From IMG/VR virus record IMGVR_UViG_3300022916_001292: 20,000 nucleotides of DNA, one strand, 5' to 3'. Positions 19,601 through 20,000 of the stretch are shown one piece after another. The notes below the pieces were generated by a model, which ran no database searches, was not told the origin of the DNA, and was given only the letters and a program-made list of their open reading frames with translations. The position numbers were made by a program, and so were the translations under genes. Numbering within the stretch: the first letter of the stretch is position 1; each line of letters begins with the position of its first letter. The stretch comes from an uncultured virus (IMG/VR IMGVR_UViG_3300022916_001292) (taxonomy: Duplodnaviria > Heunggongvirae > Uroviricota > Caudoviricetes).

Positions 19601-19864
19601 ATCAATACTTTCTGTGCCATCTAAATTATCAGTAATTTTAGTATTTTTTAATTTTTGGCCCAATTTATCAGAGAAGAAATTTATAAGTTCTGTTTCTGCT
19701 TCAGATGGAGGTAAATTAATCTTATTATTATGTTCATCTACAGCATCAAAATCACTAAATATTTTATAAGCATGTCTTTTGTCATAATTGATATGCCATA
19801 TACTACTAGTCTCTGTAGATTCTCCATTAAGAGCTTTGTAATAATCTAATAAATTAAATGACAT
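13688..19864 (-). CDS. giant putative virion/surface protein, 2058 aa: vWA N-half, FN3-like repeats, LamG, Ig-like region, Pro-rich linker, 6-bladed Kelch propeller
   Basis: IIMDQSGSM; GQTYYYTIY/GETYYYRLF FN3-like strands; GLWHMDEG...FTFMGWI...WQHVAVVY...FYVNG (LamG); six Kelch GG/SG motifs; AAGGA SD. Confidence 0.8.
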   Translation of the reverse strand: MSFNLLDYYKALNGESTETSSIWHINYDKRHAYKIFSDFDAVDEHNNKINLPPSEAETELINFFSDKLGQKLKNTKITDNLDGTESIDLELGDRIVTIIMDQSGSMLWNDSNNFRHDIVTDLIEKIEINYPGDITYNLVKYGADIIDVLFFGITENDAFDPNDVDSLSVMIKADDKANYDGMRIIRNDDHYPTSPLDGEIIDDGFISRIKDTGLVEGQTYYYTIYTYDKNFKFSIGTQIKVTPQERIVPRSHSNFKTVVESEDLTKGISMSGSGVNRDANTIGLWHMDEGEGNLLYDFSDTGAILEYNREIPKWIANKYTPAGTSGIYLNGDQVEYIDVDSVYAINFNTNNKFTFMGWIYPYDISGKQVLFGRSSSGEFNYSINISSSGNLSVEFTSEEIEADELVLESLKWQHVAVVYNDENPSGSQLTFYVNGISQNKHSVEATQSFSETHVVSIGNLNQTNLPYRGRLTEFSFHNIDRDSDYIQSQLVYTPTLDSNGNQVDTNINGIKDDNGDRLNVFKYDVPRDYNYVGGEVLCVRNEKNIPSWEEDGTVIYQQSDPGSGQFFISDPDDYVLGETYYYRLFTKNSLGNVSFLTDSPSLTVVIPPIVASDIVGADYRLALDTPIDSPVVPTIGQLITAGNKKTYLRWKQNDIIDSRIARVKIYYSNTGPPEISSDGGTISGLVFTGLPTDEKFVHRSPPNDKNAYYTIVNVDKYGRPCNYYNNGDPVVGEEFLYATVIPSFDASENTFPLIEVENINYELIDENTITIGWDQPQKSIENIDAFFDQTVYIYGAITDEFGDPVSEDTSIKMKIVSSITKETQADDVFDIIGTTEFEDVNAYEFFVTRTSDGFFKGILRMTSDSSIISQINRADFTIQLKALLPKEGGYKPPNRENNNPISEYASLIERLVKGEDSTETTSDNFYEYLSEPIEVSFTNPWEVELVSRDNQTVPERCYCEKAHPTTGELTLIPVKEFFNGIYMRATNPFVARAKVKYKGLPVESGNIQIAVWDADSSNLCRNACPPPDVAKSAPYEGLSIGDAPSAIVSPPDSILPIIQGEEDDGSGGTRDISFVDIPLYAPDLPQAVRLYVKGERSGYSSVQEMYVLFQNILQIDINSDAAKNKLTIDGKDIVEFRANASIINPDYPNDDSLVTYPEDLTVVEWKSQFVQTIAYSSNNSLILEFPEESGIGPIYSTDSVPITNGVYSYTRSGTARNAFMGPLSKGDKAINEQHEISSLISYQGLSASARLFFKIGLYNPDEYDSTSARFLMEVDGGWKGELPNQSYASGAWKQADSNLLWADGINYKKIKISRNPRTAIKGEGVDEFVYAGCFRECASGEDNELLELSSGQIVEVGFNLGNSLFPEEVLKDEEIEILHGEIYEMEDVYTGLHYLEVGEEGFIDNGSAFIELNAEDVSDVTYFYVRMNKFVPYADSFSLKPGCLFPEEKLVNECICLNPNEGIKDCDLPEWSPMMYVSGKTTVFLNNNPLVLQGGGSMETGIPPCPIGLNEPLRMVVKEMKVTNYFFSEELGNPSNDFLYPVETISDNNNFKDTKGVTLVKHTSDVDIRIRLFWRGQNAPNGTPVYVTTGDNTSSSLFISSQNVYYVTDSGEDYSYVDVRLNARRYIDETRSELIEIFSIYDESEKTERHVGETFFITLDKKDKDIDPPVLPGDDPSDTDPPEPPIITPYSPTMDRYNITTDTWSKVANMASARGNGFSGSTGDYIYYMGGLLDNNKGVSDRNEKYDVINNVWSDATKMPTPRFAGMSVTIGDDIYIIGGIAPNNQQAGNLTVTTLVEVYRADVDLWEELENMPILNEGDATQEELGVAFGTASHVYMNNRNYIYVMSGIRSLSDQSVSYNEMVFRYCVEDDEWEISGFLNDNELDTYTRISPLSIVYDNKVIVFGGAYLDILNSEEYSYNLEDFYIDIGELFETPSSGVWINNSGHMVYPLEPKFQSAMAEYDLNPSTDHAKYYIFGGANAISKNLNILESIDVKDGGFIYKSSYTITDPSIDITQMPKGKHGASAEFSDVLGSPYIYLMGGYTNNQDNDFNFNFKI

Positions 19865-19875
19865 TCAATATTCCT

Positions 19876-20000
19876 TTAAAATTTGATAGCTGATGATGGA
19901 GCATTATACTCATCATTATCGACTAGTTCCCACGTTATAAAATTAGAAGTATTAGATCCAGATACCGACATTACTAAATAATAATTTTCCGAAAAATCAT
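19876..20000 (-). CDS. 3' end of an upstream gene (...DFSENYYLVMSVSGSNTSNFITWELVDNDEYNAPSSAIKF)
   Basis: Frame open from the window edge to TAA at 19878-19876, adjoining the SD of the giant gene. Confidence 0.65.
   Translation of the reverse strand, partial: DFSENYYLVMSVSGSNTSNFITWELVDNDEYNAPSSAIKF

Noticed and set aside
13640..19640. DNLDG motif near the N-termini of both giant proteins as evidence of gene duplication
   Set aside because: Similarity covers only about 12 residues; too short to support paralogy without an alignment
252..19769. Plus-strand ORFs and short nested minus-strand ORFs in the ORF track
   Set aside because: They lie within well-supported minus-strand genes and show no motifs; shadow ORFs
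1..20000. Genome-wide TAG or TGA recoding (code 15 or 4)
   Set aside because: Coding density is near complete under code 11, ORFs of 1-2 thousand codons have no internal TAG/TGA, and TAGs at 4809 and 6422 behave as ordinary stops
1..20000. tRNA, rRNA, introns, inteins or IS elements
   Set aside because: Intergenic gaps are too short and no characteristic motifs were seen; helicase and ATPase motif spacing looks uninterrupted

Overview
AT-rich (roughly 30% GC by eye), densely coding window with every credible gene on the minus strand. It is most consistent with a large (jumbo/huge) phage genome segment read in the standard bacterial code; this is inference, as no capsid or terminase gene is present. 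In transcription order (right to left): the end of an upstream gene; two giant, probably virion or surface proteins (2058 aa with LamG, FN3/Ig-like repeats and a Kelch propeller; 1056 aa with Ig-like repeats); a glycosyltransferase cluster (GT2, GT4, GT2) interrupted by an unannotated ribbon-helix-helix gene plus HNH endonuclease with a perfect 23-bp palindrome upstream; several hypotheticals including a Zn-ribbon protein; a UvsW/XPB-like SF2 helicase; a hypothetical; a stand-alone IF3 homologue; and a Ycf46-like AAA+ ATPase. The most striking observation is that one vWA/MIDAS domain appears split between the two giant ORFs (DxSxS half in the first, S/T-loop and TD half in the second). The two ORFs are in the same frame and separated only by TAG-AAA.
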